A stretch of 64,000 bases of DNA from Alphaproteobacteria bacterium (GTDB lineage: Bacteria; Pseudomonadota; Alphaproteobacteria; Caulobacterales; Caulobacteraceae). Within the stretch, counting starts at the first letter, position 1. The number at the start of each line of letters is the position of its first letter. A program made the position numbers and the translations under genes. Under the pieces are notes generated by a model. The model did no database searches, was not told where the DNA came from, and saw only the letters and a list, made by a program, of their open reading frames with translations. Positions 1 through 10,196 of the stretch are shown piece by piece. The stretch covers positions 69,453-133,452 of the forward strand of contig JAHJOK010000005.1 of the NCBI GenBank assembly GCA_018820205.1, in the 5' to 3' direction.

Positions 1-756
1 GTGAGACCCTCTCCGATCCTGTTGTCTGCTATCGGCGCATTGTCCATGGGGCTAGGCGGATGCGACGCCGCCAAGGGCGATACCGACCGCGCCCTGACCG
101 AGACGGGTCAGTTGGTGGCTCTCAGTGGCGGCGGCGCGGGCGCGCAGTTCGCCTGCTTCACCTGTCATGGGCTGGAAGGCCAGGGCGACGGAGTGACGAC
201 GCCGCGCCTGGCCGGCCTCGACGCCGGCTATCTGCAGAAACAGATGGAGGACTATGCCGCCGGGACCCGGCCGGACGACGTGATGGGCCGGATCGCCGGC
301 CGCCTCGACGCCTCGGATCGGCGCGCGGTCGCGGCCTTCTATTCCCGCATGCCCGCACCGGAGGCGGCCGCCGCCCCCGTGCCCGCTCCGACCCTTTATC
401 TGACGGGCGACCCAAGGCGCGGGATCACGGCCTGCTCGGCCTGTCATGGCGCCGTCGGACAGGGCGCCGGCCCCGGAAACCCCGCCATTTCAGGTCAGCC
501 CCGCGCCTATGTCGCGGATCAGCTGGAGCGCTGGCGCCACGGCGATCGCCGAAACGATCCGCGCGGCGTCATGGCCGTGGCGACCGCACGCCTGACGGAC
601 GAAGAAATACAGACCCTAGCCGCCTGGCTCGAGACCGCACCGCCTGCTCCAGCGCCCGCCAGCGCCTCTGCCAGCGCGTTCGTTTCCGCGGGGGCTGCGG
701 CACGACCGGCAGCATCCCGTGAAGCACGTCGTCCCGATCGATCAGATGGTGCTTGA
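1..756 (+). CDS. Di-heme cytochrome c4/c553-type protein, probable lipoprotein
   Basis: Two CxxCH motifs (CFTCH, CSACH), c4-like 'PRLAG...YLQKQM' segment, N-terminal lipobox-like LGGC. GTG start sits at the window edge. Confidence 0.85.
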   Translation: MRPSPILLSAIGALSMGLGGCDAAKGDTDRALTETGQLVALSGGGAGAQFACFTCHGLEGQGDGVTTPRLAGLDAGYLQKQMEDYAAGTRPDDVMGRIAGRLDASDRRAVAAFYSRMPAPEAAAAPVPAPTLYLTGDPRRGITACSACHGAVGQGAGPGNPAISGQPRAYVADQLERWRHGDRRNDPRGVMAVATARLTDEEIQTLAAWLETAPPAPAPASASASAFVSAGAAARPAASREARRPDRSDGA

Positions 757-1300
757 GCGCGCCGCCGACATGCAGCGGAATCATCAACAGCAGGCTGATC
801 ACCAGCCCCCAGTGCATCCATTCAACCACGGCCTCGACCGCCCAGGCCTGGCTGTTGGACAGGTCCTGCATCGGCAATAGCGGCCACGGAAGGCCCAGCA
901 GGGTCAGGTCCTGCTCCCGCGCCGTCGCCGAGACCAGCATCCAGCCGGTGATCGGCAGACCGAACAGGCAGAGATAGAAGACGTAGTGGGTGATGTGGGC
1001 GGCCACGCTCTGCCAGCCCGGCTTGTCGGCGTCGTTGATCGGCCCCGGCGCCAGCAGACGCCAGGCGCCGCGCCCCAGGGCCAGCACCAGCATCAAAACG
1101 CCGATGGCGAAATGCAGATCATAGGCCGCGACCTTGTCTCCCCCGACCGGCAGCCGGCCCATCCACCAGCCCCAGCCGAGCTGGAAGGTGACCAGCGCCG
1201 CCATGGTCCAGTGAAAGACGATCGCGACCGGCGAGAACCGGCCTTCATCATGGTGCCCTGCCGCCCACTCCAGGATGTTGACGATCAGCCGATCGATCAC
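569..1300 (-). CDS. Cytochrome b561 / cytochrome b family protein
   Basis: 'FSPVAIVFHW', 'LHFAIG', 'AHITHYVFY', 'HVGGALKHH' heme-b His pattern with 4 TM helices. Start taken as GTG at 1300, overlapping the ctaG stop (GTGA); the upstream part of the listed 503-aa ORF is shadow. Confidence 0.85.
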   Translation of the reverse strand: MIDRLIVNILEWAAGHHDEGRFSPVAIVFHWTMAALVTFQLGWGWWMGRLPVGGDKVAAYDLHFAIGVLMLVLALGRGAWRLLAPGPINDADKPGWQSVAAHITHYVFYLCLFGLPITGWMLVSATAREQDLTLLGLPWPLLPMQDLSNSQAWAVEAVVEWMHWGLVISLLLMIPLHVGGALKHHLIDRDDVLHGMLPVVPQPPRKRTRWQRRWRALEQAVRSRARRLGSVFLRPSGVRSPRP

Positions 1301-2031
1301 AGGACGACGGGCCTCGCTTCGCCCGGGCCGATCAGCTTGCCGACCCGCCACAGGGCCGCAGCGAGGTAGAGGCCAAGCGCCGGCGCCCACATCAAAAGGC
1401 CCGCAACCTGCTGATCCTCGAGCGGGCTCAGGCCCCAGGCGGCGGTGGTCAGCAGATGCGGTTCGTAGAGCGGCTGACCCGCGAAGGCGATCAACGCGCC
1501 CAGGAGCCCCATCTGAACCGTCGTAATCAGCAGGCCGGCGATCGCGCCCGGAGCGGACGCCCGCCGGACGCCGCTCCAGAACCAGACCGCGGATCCCAGC
1601 AGACTGAGCTGCATCACCCAATAGACCAGGTCGCTCGACAGGGCTGCCGAATAGGCGCCCGGCGCATGCCAGATCCAGAACACGATCGTCTGCATCGCCG
1701 TCGCCGCCGCCAGTCCTCCGATACGGGGCCTCGTCGCCCACACCAACAGGGGAGCGGCCGCCGCGACCAGCAGAAGATGATGAACAGTCCTGGCCGCGAA
1801 CAACGCCGAGCTCAGCGCGCATAGCGGCGAGACGAAGGAGATCGCCAACAGCCCCACGCCGACGACGGCCAATGCCCTGCGTCCCCGCGCCTGAAACCAG
1901 AGCAAAGCCAGGAGCGCGGCGAGAGCCAGCAGCAGGACAGGATCGAGATTCCATCGTCCCGCCATATCCATAGGCGTTGCGCCCGGCCCGCAATAGGGGA
2001 TCCACTCCTGGTTCACGTCCGCCCCGTTCAT
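1297..2031 (-). CDS. ctaG: Cytochrome c oxidase assembly protein, caa3-type CtaG family
   Basis: 'SPLCALSSALFAARTVHH', 'FWIWHAP', 'LEDQQVAGLLMW' motifs; multi-TM. Start approximate. Confidence 0.8.
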   Translation of the reverse strand: MNGADVNQEWIPYCGPGATPMDMAGRWNLDPVLLLALAALLALLWFQARGRRALAVVGVGLLAISFVSPLCALSSALFAARTVHHLLLVAAAAPLLVWATRPRIGGLAAATAMQTIVFWIWHAPGAYSAALSSDLVYWVMQLSLLGSAVWFWSGVRRASAPGAIAGLLITTVQMGLLGALIAFAGQPLYEPHLLTTAAWGLSPLEDQQVAGLLMWAPALGLYLAAALWRVGKLIGPGEARPVVL

Positions 2032-2046
2032 CCGCACTCTGTGGCG

Positions 2047-2071
2047 AACCATTCGTAGCGCTCACGGTTCC
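2047..2071 (-). promoter_or_regulatory. EcfG/SigT-like promoter upstream of ctaG
   Basis: Minus strand reads GGAAC-N16-GGTT, about 15 nt upstream of the start; consensus GGAAC-N16/17-CGTT. Confidence 0.6.
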
Positions 2072-2177
2072 GGGGCGCACCTGTGTTGATGGTCTTACTG
2101 CCTCGCCGCTGCGGCGCGTTTGGCGGGTTCGCAGATGGAGACAAAGTCGCGTTGGACCGACAGCACCCGCCCCATGA

Positions 2178-4196
2178 CTACCAACTCAGGGCGACACCCA
2201 GGCGCACGGTTCTTGGAGGGCCGAAACCGAGGACGCCGCCGCCGGTTTCCGAAACCTCGACATCCTCATCGAACAGATTGTCGACTGCGGCATAGACGAC
2301 CTGTCCGTCGCGAACGGCCCATTCCGCGCGCCCATCGACGGTCAAGGCCGCATCCAGGACGCGGCTGTTGAGATCGTCATCGAAGCGGCGACTTTCGTAG
2401 CGGGCGCGGGCGGCCAGGGTCAGCCCGTCCAGCACACGCCAGTCCAGGCCCGCGACAGCGCTCCAGATCGGGGCCTGGGCGGGTCGCAGACCAGTCAGCT
2501 GGGGCGCCGCCGCGCCGCCGTCGACCCTTGCATCTGTGGCGGACAGGGCGCCGGCGACGGTCAGGCTTTCCCCGAACCGGTGTTCGCCGTTCAGCTCCAG
2601 GCCATAGGCCTTGATCGTGCCGGCGTTCTGACGCTGACGCAGCGCCCCCCCTTCGGGCACGAACCCGGCGCGGGGAAAGACGCCGGGCCCCTGACCGAGG
2701 GTCACGTTGACGATGACGTCGTCGATCTGGTTCCAGAAGGAGGTGACACCCCAGGATGAGGCGGCGCCGGTCCAGGACAGCCCCGCTTCGAGTCCTTTAA
2801 GCTTCTCGGGGACCAGACTGGCATTGGCTTCGGTGATGTCGTTGCCGACCCGGAACGGCCGGTGCAGTTCGTTCAGGGTCGCCGGCCGAAACCCGGAATA
2901 GGTCGCCACGCGGGCGGCGTAACCGGATCCGATATCGCGGCGCGCAGCGAGACGGGCGCTGACGACCTCCCCCGAGCGGTCGGGGTCGGTCTCGTCCAGG
3001 GTCGGCAGGCGGGTGTCGCGGTCGATTTCCAGACGGCGGCCGTCGCCGGTGCTCCAGCCGTCGAGACGCAGCCCCCCGGCGACCAGCCAGACGTCGTTGG
3101 CCCACGAGCCCTCGGTATAGGCGCCGACCACCGAGGTCTCGCCACCGGCGAAACGCTCGCGGGTAAAGTCACCCATCATGTTGCGGAACCTTTCCTGGGT
3201 CTCGCCTTCGTTGAAGCGCGCATCGGCGCCGACCTCCCACTCCATGCGGCCGCCTCCGAGCGGCAGGCCTGAGCGCCGGATCGCGACATTGGAGCCCCAT
3301 CCGGTCGCCGGAGTGGCGAATTGGTTGTTGGCGGGCGTCGTGGTCGAACGGTCGGGCGCGACGGCGGCTGAGCTGTTCTCAAAGTCGGTTTCCGTGCGCC
3401 AGATCTGGGCCCGCCAGCCGAGACGCCCGGCCACAGCGGTGCGGGCCAGGGTGGCGCTGTAATTCTGGCCGGTGGCCGCCGATCGTGCACCGATCAGGCC
3501 GGACCCTCGCGCTTCATCATAGGCGGATGCGCGCAGCGACAGGGCCGTGGCGCTATCGATGCCGATATCGGCCCTCAGCGCTCCGCTATGGGTCTCGAGA
3601 TCGAGGGGCGTGTCGGCCGCGCCCGCGCTGGCGCCCCGCACGGGAACGTAGCCGTCACTGACCTCGAAAAGAGTGGACCCGGTGATGGCCACCCGTCCCG
3701 CGCTGAGCGACGACGATGCGGAAACGCGCCGACCACCGTATTCACCGGCCGAGACGTCCAGCCTGCCGCCGCGATCGCTTTCGCGCAGGGCGATGACGCC
3801 GGTCAGGGCGCCGGCCCCGTAAGGCCCTGCCCCGGCCCCTCTTACCACGTCGAGGCTTTCGATGGCCTCCGGCGCCAGCTGCGACCAGATCACCCAGCCT
3901 CCGAACGGATCGTTGAGCGGCACGCCGTCCAGGGTCACCAGAGTTCGTCCGGCGCCCGATGGAGCGATGGCCCGCAGGGATATGCCCTGTGTGGTCGGGT
4001 TGGCGGCCTGGCTGGAGGTTCGACGAAATAGAGACACCGCCGGGACGGTCGCAAGCGCCTCGTCCAGCCGGGTAGCGGGACTCAGCGTCTCCTGCCCGAT
4101 GCGGACCACCGAGAAGGCGGCCTCGCCCGCTGCGGGCGGCAGTCGGGCGGCCGTGACGACGATCTCATCGAGTTGGGCGGGCAAGTCTTGAATCAC
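2178..4196 (-). CDS. TonB-dependent receptor
   Basis: TonB box 'DEIVVTA', plug 'RTLVTLDGVPLNDPF', 'NLFDE' and C-terminal aromatic beta strand (..VALSW). GTG at 4196 follows a GGGAGA RBS; ORF is open to 4316. Confidence 0.85.
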   Translation of the reverse strand: MIQDLPAQLDEIVVTAARLPPAAGEAAFSVVRIGQETLSPATRLDEALATVPAVSLFRRTSSQAANPTTQGISLRAIAPSGAGRTLVTLDGVPLNDPFGGWVIWSQLAPEAIESLDVVRGAGAGPYGAGALTGVIALRESDRGGRLDVSAGEYGGRRVSASSSLSAGRVAITGSTLFEVSDGYVPVRGASAGAADTPLDLETHSGALRADIGIDSATALSLRASAYDEARGSGLIGARSAATGQNYSATLARTAVAGRLGWRAQIWRTETDFENSSAAVAPDRSTTTPANNQFATPATGWGSNVAIRRSGLPLGGGRMEWEVGADARFNEGETQERFRNMMGDFTRERFAGGETSVVGAYTEGSWANDVWLVAGGLRLDGWSTGDGRRLEIDRDTRLPTLDETDPDRSGEVVSARLAARRDIGSGYAARVATYSGFRPATLNELHRPFRVGNDITEANASLVPEKLKGLEAGLSWTGAASSWGVTSFWNQIDDVIVNVTLGQGPGVFPRAGFVPEGGALRQRQNAGTIKAYGLELNGEHRFGESLTVAGALSATDARVDGGAAAPQLTGLRPAQAPIWSAVAGLDWRVLDGLTLAARARYESRRFDDDLNSRVLDAALTVDGRAEWAVRDGQVVYAAVDNLFDEDVEVSETGGGVLGFGPPRTVRLGVALSW

Positions 4197-4325
4197 TGTG
4201 TCTCCCGTAGGTGCGAGGCCGAAACCCCCCTGGCGTTCGACGTAGGGCATTCCCGGTGGGTCGAACCACTGCGTGGTTGCATCGCCCCTCGCGCCCAAGC
4301 GCCATTGCCGGAACATCGCGTCAAA

Positions 4326-6524
4326 TCAATCAAGACGTGGAAGCTGGTCGAGATGTTTGTCGAGCGTGATCGGATAGTCCCTGACCCGTACGCCCGTAGC
4401 ATTGTAGACGGCGTTGGCGATCGCGGCGCCCACGCCGCATAGACCGAGCTCGCCGACGCCCTTCGCCTTCATGGGCGAGGATTTGTCGTCCAGTTCGTCG
4501 ATGAAAACGACATCCTGATGAGGGATGTCCGCGTGGACCGGTACTTCGTATCCGGCCAGGTCGTGGTTCACGAAAAAGCCGAGACGTTTGTCGACCGCCA
4601 GTTCCTCCATGAGCGCGGCGCCCACTCCCATGGTCATCGCCCCGATCACCTGGCTACGGGCGGTCTTGGGGTTCAGAATTCGGCCGGCCGCACAGGCGGC
4701 CAGCATTCGGCGGATGCGGATCTCGCCCGTCAGCCCGTCCACGGCGACCTGAACGAAATGGCCAGCGAAAGTGGACTGCTGATACGTCTTGTCCAGATCG
4801 CCGTATTCGATGAAGTCCTCGGCCACCAGTGTGCTCTCTGCAGCCGCAGAGGCGAGGGTCGCGCTGCGCCGACCGTCGCGAACGCGGCCGTCCGCGAATA
4901 CGGCGTCGGCGGGATAGCCCAGGGCCTCGATCACCTTTTCGCGCAACTTCATGCAGGCGGCATAGACGCCCGAAGTCGAGTTGTTGGCCCCCCACTGGCC
5001 GCCAGACCCGGCGGAGGCCGGAAAGTCGGAATCTCCGAGACGCACGATGACCTTCTCGATCCCCACGCCCATCGTCTCGGCCGCCGTCTGGGCCAGGATG
5101 GTATAGGTTCCAGTGCCGATGTCCGTCATGTCGGTCTCGACGATCACCACGCCCTCGTGATTCAGGCGGACCCGCGCGGCGGATTTGGTCAGCAGGTTGT
5201 TCCGGAATCCGCCCGCCATTCCCATGCCGATCAACCATCGGCCCTCGCGCACCGACGCCGGCCGGGGCTTGCGGCTGGACCAGCCGAACCGCTCGGCGCC
5301 GGTCCTGAGGCACTCGATGAAGGGGCGACTGGAGTACGGACGTTCAGGGTTTTCCGGATCGACCTGGGTGTCGTTGATGACGCGGAACTCGACCGGGTCT
5401 AACTCGAGCGTCTCCGCCATCTCGTCCATGGCGATTTCCAGCGCCATCAGCCCCGGCGCCTCGCCGGGCGCCCGCATGGCGTTTCCCTCTGGCAGATCCA
5501 GCGAGGCCAGCCTCTGAGCCGTCATCCGGTTGGCCCCGGCATAGAATAATTTGGTCTGGGCGGCCGCGGTTTCCAGCCCGCCCCCCGCCAGGTCGCCGGA
5601 CCAGCTTTCGTGCCCGATCGCGGTAATGCGGCCGTCCGCCTCGGCGCCGATGCGGATGCGCTGGATCGTGGCCGGGCGGTGAGTGGTGTTGTTCGCGATG
5701 AGAGGCCGCTGGAGCATCACCTTGACCGGACGACCTGTCGCCTTGGACGCCAGCGCGGCCATGACCGCGTCGGCCCGGACGAACAGTTTTCCTCCGAAGC
5801 CGCCGCCGATATAGGGCGAATCCAGCCGGACATTGTCCGCCGCGATGCCGAAAATCTTGGCGACCTCGTCCTTGCCCCAAGCGATCATCTGGTTGGACGT
5901 CCACAGCGTCAGCTTGTCGCCCCGCCAGTCCGCGATGGTGGCGTGCGGCTCCATCATCGCGTGGCTCTGGTCCGGCGTCGTATAGGTCTGGTCCAGGCGC
6001 ACCGGTGCGACGGCATAGGCGCCGTCGAAATCGCCGTGGGCGGAATCCGGTTCGTCCCCGCCATCCGGCTTGACGGCGTCCGGCCTGGCAGCTTTCAGAT
6101 CGAACGCGCCGGCCGCGCGGGCATAGTCGACTTCGACCAGATTTGCGGCCGAACGCGCCTGTTCGAACGTCTCGGCGACGACAACACCGATGGCCTGGTG
6201 ATAGTGCTGGATGTCCGGCCCGCCGAGCAGGCGGGCGGTGTTGTAGTCGCCCTTGCCCACTTCGCCGGCATTCTCTGCCGTGACCACGCCGATGACGCCG
6301 GGCGCGGCCTTGGCGCGGTCGGTCGACATCCGACGAATGCGGCCCTTGGCGATTCCCGCGCCGATCACATAGCCGTAGGCGGCGTTGGGCGCGACGTCGT
6401 GGCGCTCGTAGGCGTATGGCGCGCGGCCGGTCGTCTTCAACGGACCGTCGATCCGGTCCAGCGGCCGGCCGATCACCTTTTCCTGGTCGATAGCGTTGAT
6501 GCCTGCGGGGGTATCGAACTTCAT
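4326..6524 (-). CDS. paoC: Aldehyde oxidoreductase molybdenum-binding subunit (PaoC/YagR)
   Basis: N-terminus 'MKFDTPAG.N.ID', xanthine oxidase-family motifs 'GGGFGGK', 'MRAPGEAPG', 'KGVGE'. Confidence 0.93.
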   Translation of the reverse strand: MKFDTPAGINAIDQEKVIGRPLDRIDGPLKTTGRAPYAYERHDVAPNAAYGYVIGAGIAKGRIRRMSTDRAKAAPGVIGVVTAENAGEVGKGDYNTARLLGGPDIQHYHQAIGVVVAETFEQARSAANLVEVDYARAAGAFDLKAARPDAVKPDGGDEPDSAHGDFDGAYAVAPVRLDQTYTTPDQSHAMMEPHATIADWRGDKLTLWTSNQMIAWGKDEVAKIFGIAADNVRLDSPYIGGGFGGKLFVRADAVMAALASKATGRPVKVMLQRPLIANNTTHRPATIQRIRIGAEADGRITAIGHESWSGDLAGGGLETAAAQTKLFYAGANRMTAQRLASLDLPEGNAMRAPGEAPGLMALEIAMDEMAETLELDPVEFRVINDTQVDPENPERPYSSRPFIECLRTGAERFGWSSRKPRPASVREGRWLIGMGMAGGFRNNLLTKSAARVRLNHEGVVIVETDMTDIGTGTYTILAQTAAETMGVGIEKVIVRLGDSDFPASAGSGGQWGANNSTSGVYAACMKLREKVIEALGYPADAVFADGRVRDGRRSATLASAAAESTLVAEDFIEYGDLDKTYQQSTFAGHFVQVAVDGLTGEIRIRRMLAACAAGRILNPKTARSQVIGAMTMGVGAALMEELAVDKRLGFFVNHDLAGYEVPVHADIPHQDVVFIDELDDKSSPMKAKGVGELGLCGVGAAIANAVYNATGVRVRDYPITLDKHLDQLPRLD

Positions 6525-6528
6525 CGGA

Positions 6529-7479
6529 TCACACTCTCGCGTCGCTGAGCACGGCCGCCAGGGTCCGCTCGGCCAGTTTGACCTTGAAGGCGTTCTCTTC
6601 GGTCGGACTGGCGTCGGCCAGCGCGCGTGAGGTCACCGCCTCGGCGCCCCGGGGCAGGTCGGCCTCCGCCGCCTCGACCCGCCAGGGCTTGTGGGCCAGT
6701 CCACCGAACGCGACACGGCCCGTTCCGTCCGGCTGGACCACCGCCGCCACAGAGACAAGCGCGAAGGCGTAGGATGCGCGGTCCCGGACCTTGTGGTACA
6801 TATGCTTGCCGCCGATCGGGGCCGGCAGGGTCACTGCCGTGATCAGGTCGCCGGGAGGCAGGGTGGTGTCGATATTCGGCCGGTCCCCGGGCAAGCGATG
6901 GAACTCCGCGATCGGGATGACCCGGTTTTCGCCCGCCGCATTGACCGTCTCGACGCTGGCGTCCAGCAACCGCATCGCCACGGCCATGTCACTGGGATGG
7001 GTGGCGATGCAGCTGTCGCTCGCGCCGATCACTGCCAGCTGCCGCGTGACCCCGCCGATGGCCGAACAGCCCGAGCCAGGCCGGCGTTTGTTGCACGCCT
7101 GGTTGGTGTCGTAGAAATACGGGCAACGGGTTCGCTGAAGCAGGTTGCCGGCGGTGGTCGCCTTGTTCCGCAGTTGACCCGAGGCCCCGGCCAGGAGCGC
7201 GCGGCTGAGCACGGCGTAGTCTCGGCGGATCCGCGTGTTCGCCGCGAGATCGGTGTTCGTGACCAAGGCGCCGACGCGAAGCCCGCCGTCCGGCGTCTCT
7301 TCTATCGCGTCCAGACCCAGCGGTGCGACGTCGATCAGATGGGCGGGCGCCTCGATTTCCAACTTCATCAGATCCAGCAGATTGGTGCCGCCAGCGATGA
7401 ATTTGGCCCCGGGTCTGGCCATGGCCGCGGCTGCGGCCTGGGCCGGGGTCGTCACGCGTTCATAGGTGAAGGGCCTCAC
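6529..7479 (-). CDS. paoB: Aldehyde oxidoreductase FAD-binding subunit (PaoB/YagS)
   Basis: '[14 protein letters not shown]', '[21 protein letters not shown]', Cys cluster, '[11 protein letters not shown]'. GTG start at 7479 overlaps the paoA stop. Confidence 0.92.
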   Translation of the reverse strand: MRPFTYERVTTPAQAAAAAMARPGAKFIAGGTNLLDLMKLEIEAPAHLIDVAPLGLDAIEETPDGGLRVGALVTNTDLAANTRIRRDYAVLSRALLAGASGQLRNKATTAGNLLQRTRCPYFYDTNQACNKRRPGSGCSAIGGVTRQLAVIGASDSCIATHPSDMAVAMRLLDASVETVNAAGENRVIPIAEFHRLPGDRPNIDTTLPPGDLITAVTLPAPIGGKHMYHKVRDRASYAFALVSVAAVVQPDGTGRVAFGGLAHKPWRVEAAEADLPRGAEAVTSRALADASPTEENAFKVKLAERTLAAVLSDARV

Positions 7480-8105
7480 GTGCGACCTCCAGCGACTTCG
7501 GCCATGGCCTCGGCGATGTTGGAATAGGCGCCGCAGCGACAGATGTTGCCGCTCATCCGTTCTCGCATCTCCATGTTTTTCGGCTGGGGCCGGGCGGTCA
7601 GGTCGGCGGTGACGTGACTGGGCACGCCAGCGCGGATTTCGTCCAGAACCGCCACGGCCGAACAGATCTGGCCCGGCGTGCAATAACCGCACTGATAGCC
7701 GTCGTGCTTGATGAAGGCGGCCTGCATCGGATGCAGGTCGTCCGGCGCGCCCAGACCTTCGACAGTGGTCACCTCCGCACCCTCGTTCATCACCGCCAGA
7801 CTGAGGCAACTGTTGATCCGTTTCCCATCGACCAGGACCGTGCAGGCCCCGCACTGGCCGTGATCGCAGCCCTTCTTGGTCCCGGTCAGACGGAGATGTT
7901 CGCGCAGCGCATCCAGCAGCGTGGTGCGCGTATCAAGATCGAGAGATTGCCGCTGGCCGTTGACCACGAACGACACCGCCATGCTCGTCGGCTGAGAGTC
8001 CGGCATTGCGCCCTGCGCCTCCACTGGCGACACCGCCGTCAAGGCCGCCGTCGCTGTTCCCGCCCCCAGAACCCCGCGCCGCGACAGTCCATCCCAATCG
8101 GCCAT
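7476..8105 (-). CDS. paoA: Aldehyde oxidoreductase 2Fe-2S subunit with Tat signal (PaoA/YagT)
   Basis: 'SRRGVL' twin-arginine signal, '[11 protein letters not shown]', 'QCGYCTPG', 'GNICRCGAY'. Confidence 0.92.
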   Translation of the reverse strand: MADWDGLSRRGVLGAGTATAALTAVSPVEAQGAMPDSQPTSMAVSFVVNGQRQSLDLDTRTTLLDALREHLRLTGTKKGCDHGQCGACTVLVDGKRINSCLSLAVMNEGAEVTTVEGLGAPDDLHPMQAAFIKHDGYQCGYCTPGQICSAVAVLDEIRAGVPSHVTADLTARPQPKNMEMRERMSGNICRCGAYSNIAEAMAEVAGGRT

Positions 8106-8193
8106 GGCGGCCTCCCCGTTGATCTCAGTGTCGCGACCGACGGCGGCTGAAGCTCTGATCGCCCCGCTGCCCCTTCGTTCGGTTCTCAAGAGC

Positions 8194-8218
8194 AATTCCT
8201 TAGCCACGGCTTCGTTCC
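8194..8218 (-). promoter_or_regulatory. Possible EcfG/SigT-like promoter upstream of paoA
   Basis: Minus strand GGAAC-N16-AATT; the -10 element is a weak match. Confidence 0.35.
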
Positions 8219-8356
8219 AGCCCCTCCTCGACCGTCGCCCGTGTCCGACGGATCGCCACGGCGGCTCCAGTCCCTCGGAACGGAGAGATCGAGACGGCCT
8301 GAACAAATTGCCTTTGGGGCCCTAGGGTCCGGCGGACGGCGCGCTATGTTGCTGGC

Positions 8357-9265
8357 ATGAGCGACTGGTATATGGCGGGCATCGAAGACGACATGCGCCC
8401 CCGCCTGTTCCGCGCCGCGGACGTCGGTGAGACTGTCGCGCTCGTCACCATCATCGCAGCCGAAGGCGGCGGGCCGCGGGGCATCGGCGCCCAGATGGTC
8501 GTTTCGGCGCACGACGCAGCCGGCTTCCTGTCCGGCGGGTGCATCGAGGCGGATGTCGTCCTGCATGCGCGTGCGACCCTGGAGGACCGACAGCCGCGCC
8601 GGATCGTCTATGGAAGAGGCAGCCCCTTCGTCGATACCCGCCTGCCCTGCGGCGGCCGGCTTGAGCTGATGATCGAGCGCATCGAGCCCGGAGAGGACGC
8701 GATCGCCGCCCTGCGTCGCGCCGACCAAGAACGTCGCGAGGCGATCTATGTCACCGACGGCCAGAAGCGTTCGGTGCACCCCGCCGGAACCGTTGCGCCA
8801 GGACGGCTGTATCGCCCGTCGCAGAGGTTGATCGTCGTGGGGTCCGATCCCTTCGCACTGGCGATCGCGCGCCTGGGGGCGGATCAGGGCTGGGCAATCG
8901 ACCTGCTACGCCCCAAGGGACCGACGGCGCCGCCGCCTCTGCCTGTGGCCTATCATAGGGAGTCGATCCCGGAGACCATAACCGCCCTGCGCCCCGATCC
9001 GTGGACGGCTATAGCGATCGCGACCCATGATGCGGACCTGGATCACGAGGCGCTGGTTTGTGCTTTACAATCCGATGCCGGCTATGTCGGTGTTCTGGGC
9101 GCGCGACGGCGGTTGCCCGACAGGCTTGCGCGTCTGAGAGCGGAAGCCGTCACCGACGATTCACTGACCCGATTGAAAGCCCCGATCGGTCTCGACATAG
9201 GCGCTCGCTCCCCGTCCGAGGTCGCGGTGTCGGTCATCGCCGAGATTATCCGGTCGCGGCGTTGA
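8357..9265 (+). CDS. xdhC: XdhC/CoxI-family Moco insertion chaperone (PaoD-like)
   Basis: 'GFLSGGCIE', 'LPCGG', 'YVGVLGARRR', 'APIGLDIGARSPSEVAVSVIAE'; divergent from paoABC. Confidence 0.9.
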   Translation: MSDWYMAGIEDDMRPRLFRAADVGETVALVTIIAAEGGGPRGIGAQMVVSAHDAAGFLSGGCIEADVVLHARATLEDRQPRRIVYGRGSPFVDTRLPCGGRLELMIERIEPGEDAIAALRRADQERREAIYVTDGQKRSVHPAGTVAPGRLYRPSQRLIVVGSDPFALAIARLGADQGWAIDLLRPKGPTAPPPLPVAYHRESIPETITALRPDPWTAIAIATHDADLDHEALVCALQSDAGYVGVLGARRRLPDRLARLRAEAVTDDSLTRLKAPIGLDIGARSPSEVAVSVIAEIIRSRR

Positions 9266-9867
9266 GTACTCGCATCGGCCGACACGCTCTGGTTCTGGCC
9301 GCCGGAGCGAGCCGGCGCTTCGGCGGCGGCAAACTGGTCGCCCCCTGGCGCGGGGAGCCCCTCGTTCGCTCCTCTGTGCGCTCAGCACTCGCCACCAACG
9401 TCGAGCGCGTGACCGTGGTCACCGGCGCAGACGACGAGCGGATCGCCGAGGCCTTGGCGCCGCTGCGCCAAACCCGTCTGAAGATCATCCATGCCGAAGA
9501 CTGGAGCGAAGGCATGGCGGCGTCGCTGAGGGCAGGCATCGCGGCCCTGCCGGCAGACGCAGGCGCGGTAGCGATCTTTCTTGGCGACATGCCGTTGATC
9601 CCCGAAGGCCTCGCGGATCGTCTGCTGGATGCCACGGAGGGCGGCGCTCCGGCTGCGGCCATACGCTCGCCGCACGGACCCGCTCATCCCGTCGTCTTTC
9701 ATCACAGCGTGTTCGGACAACTTCTCACACTGCGAGGCGACACCGGAGCACGCGTTCTGCTCAAGTCGCTCGGCGCCGATGTGTTTTATATCGAGAGTGC
9801 TGATCCGGGCGCCGTGTTCGACATCGATCACCCGAACGAGCTTACCGCTGGCCAGCCCTTGGATTGA
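9262..9867 (+). CDS. mocA: Molybdenum cofactor cytidylyltransferase-like nucleotidyltransferase
   Basis: 'LVLAAGASRRFGGGKL', 'GMAASL', 'FLGDMP', 'GDTGAR', 'DID'. TTG start overlaps the xdhC stop. Confidence 0.85.
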   Translation: MSTRIGRHALVLAAGASRRFGGGKLVAPWRGEPLVRSSVRSALATNVERVTVVTGADDERIAEALAPLRQTRLKIIHAEDWSEGMAASLRAGIAALPADAGAVAIFLGDMPLIPEGLADRLLDATEGGAPAAAIRSPHGPAHPVVFHHSVFGQLLTLRGDTGARVLLKSLGADVFYIESADPGAVFDIDHPNELTAGQPLD

Positions 9868-9939
9868 CGGTCGAAAGACGCGAACGATCCGGGTCGGTTT
9901 CCCTCTTGACGGTGAGCCGTTGTTTCGAGGCTGGTTGCA

Positions 9940-9964
9940 GGAACGGCGGATAAGGGTTGGCGTT
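9940..9964 (+). promoter_or_regulatory. Perfect EcfG/SigT-like promoter
   Basis: GGAAC-ggcggataagggttgg(16)-CGTT. Confidence 0.65.
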
Positions 9965-9967
9965 TTC

Positions 9968-10196
9968 GCCGCCTCTCGCCTGATGCGGCCCCCTGATCGA
10001 CACCTGCTGGGCCGGCGCATTCGGGGACAGTAAGACGGGACTTCCACAGATCGACGTCGTCCCCGGTCTTGATCATGCTTGGTCCGTGATCGGTTTCGGC
10101 GGAAACGGCATCACCTGTTCAATGATGGCGCGAAAGGCCGGCAGTTCGTCCGATTTGCGAGACCTCATCAGTTCCCGGTCAACGACTGCCGCCTGA
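9968..10196 (+). pseudogene. C-terminal remnant of a DAO/DadA-type FAD-dependent oxidoreductase
   Basis: Frame from 10008 reads WAGAFGDSKTGLPQIDVVPGLDHAWSVIGFGGNGITCSMMA, which carries the family's C-terminal G(F/Y)GGNG motif. In-frame TGA at 9981, no start codon, no N-terminal Rossmann motif. Confidence 0.7.

Noticed and set aside
4197-4325. Riboswitch (cobalamin or TPP) ahead of the TonB receptor
   Set aside because: Leader is short and I could not find the conserved cores; an Rfam/Infernal scan would settle it.
4326-9867. paoABC-xdhC-mocA as a novel system
   Set aside because: Matches the characterised PaoABC(D)/MocA periplasmic aldehyde oxidoreductase set.
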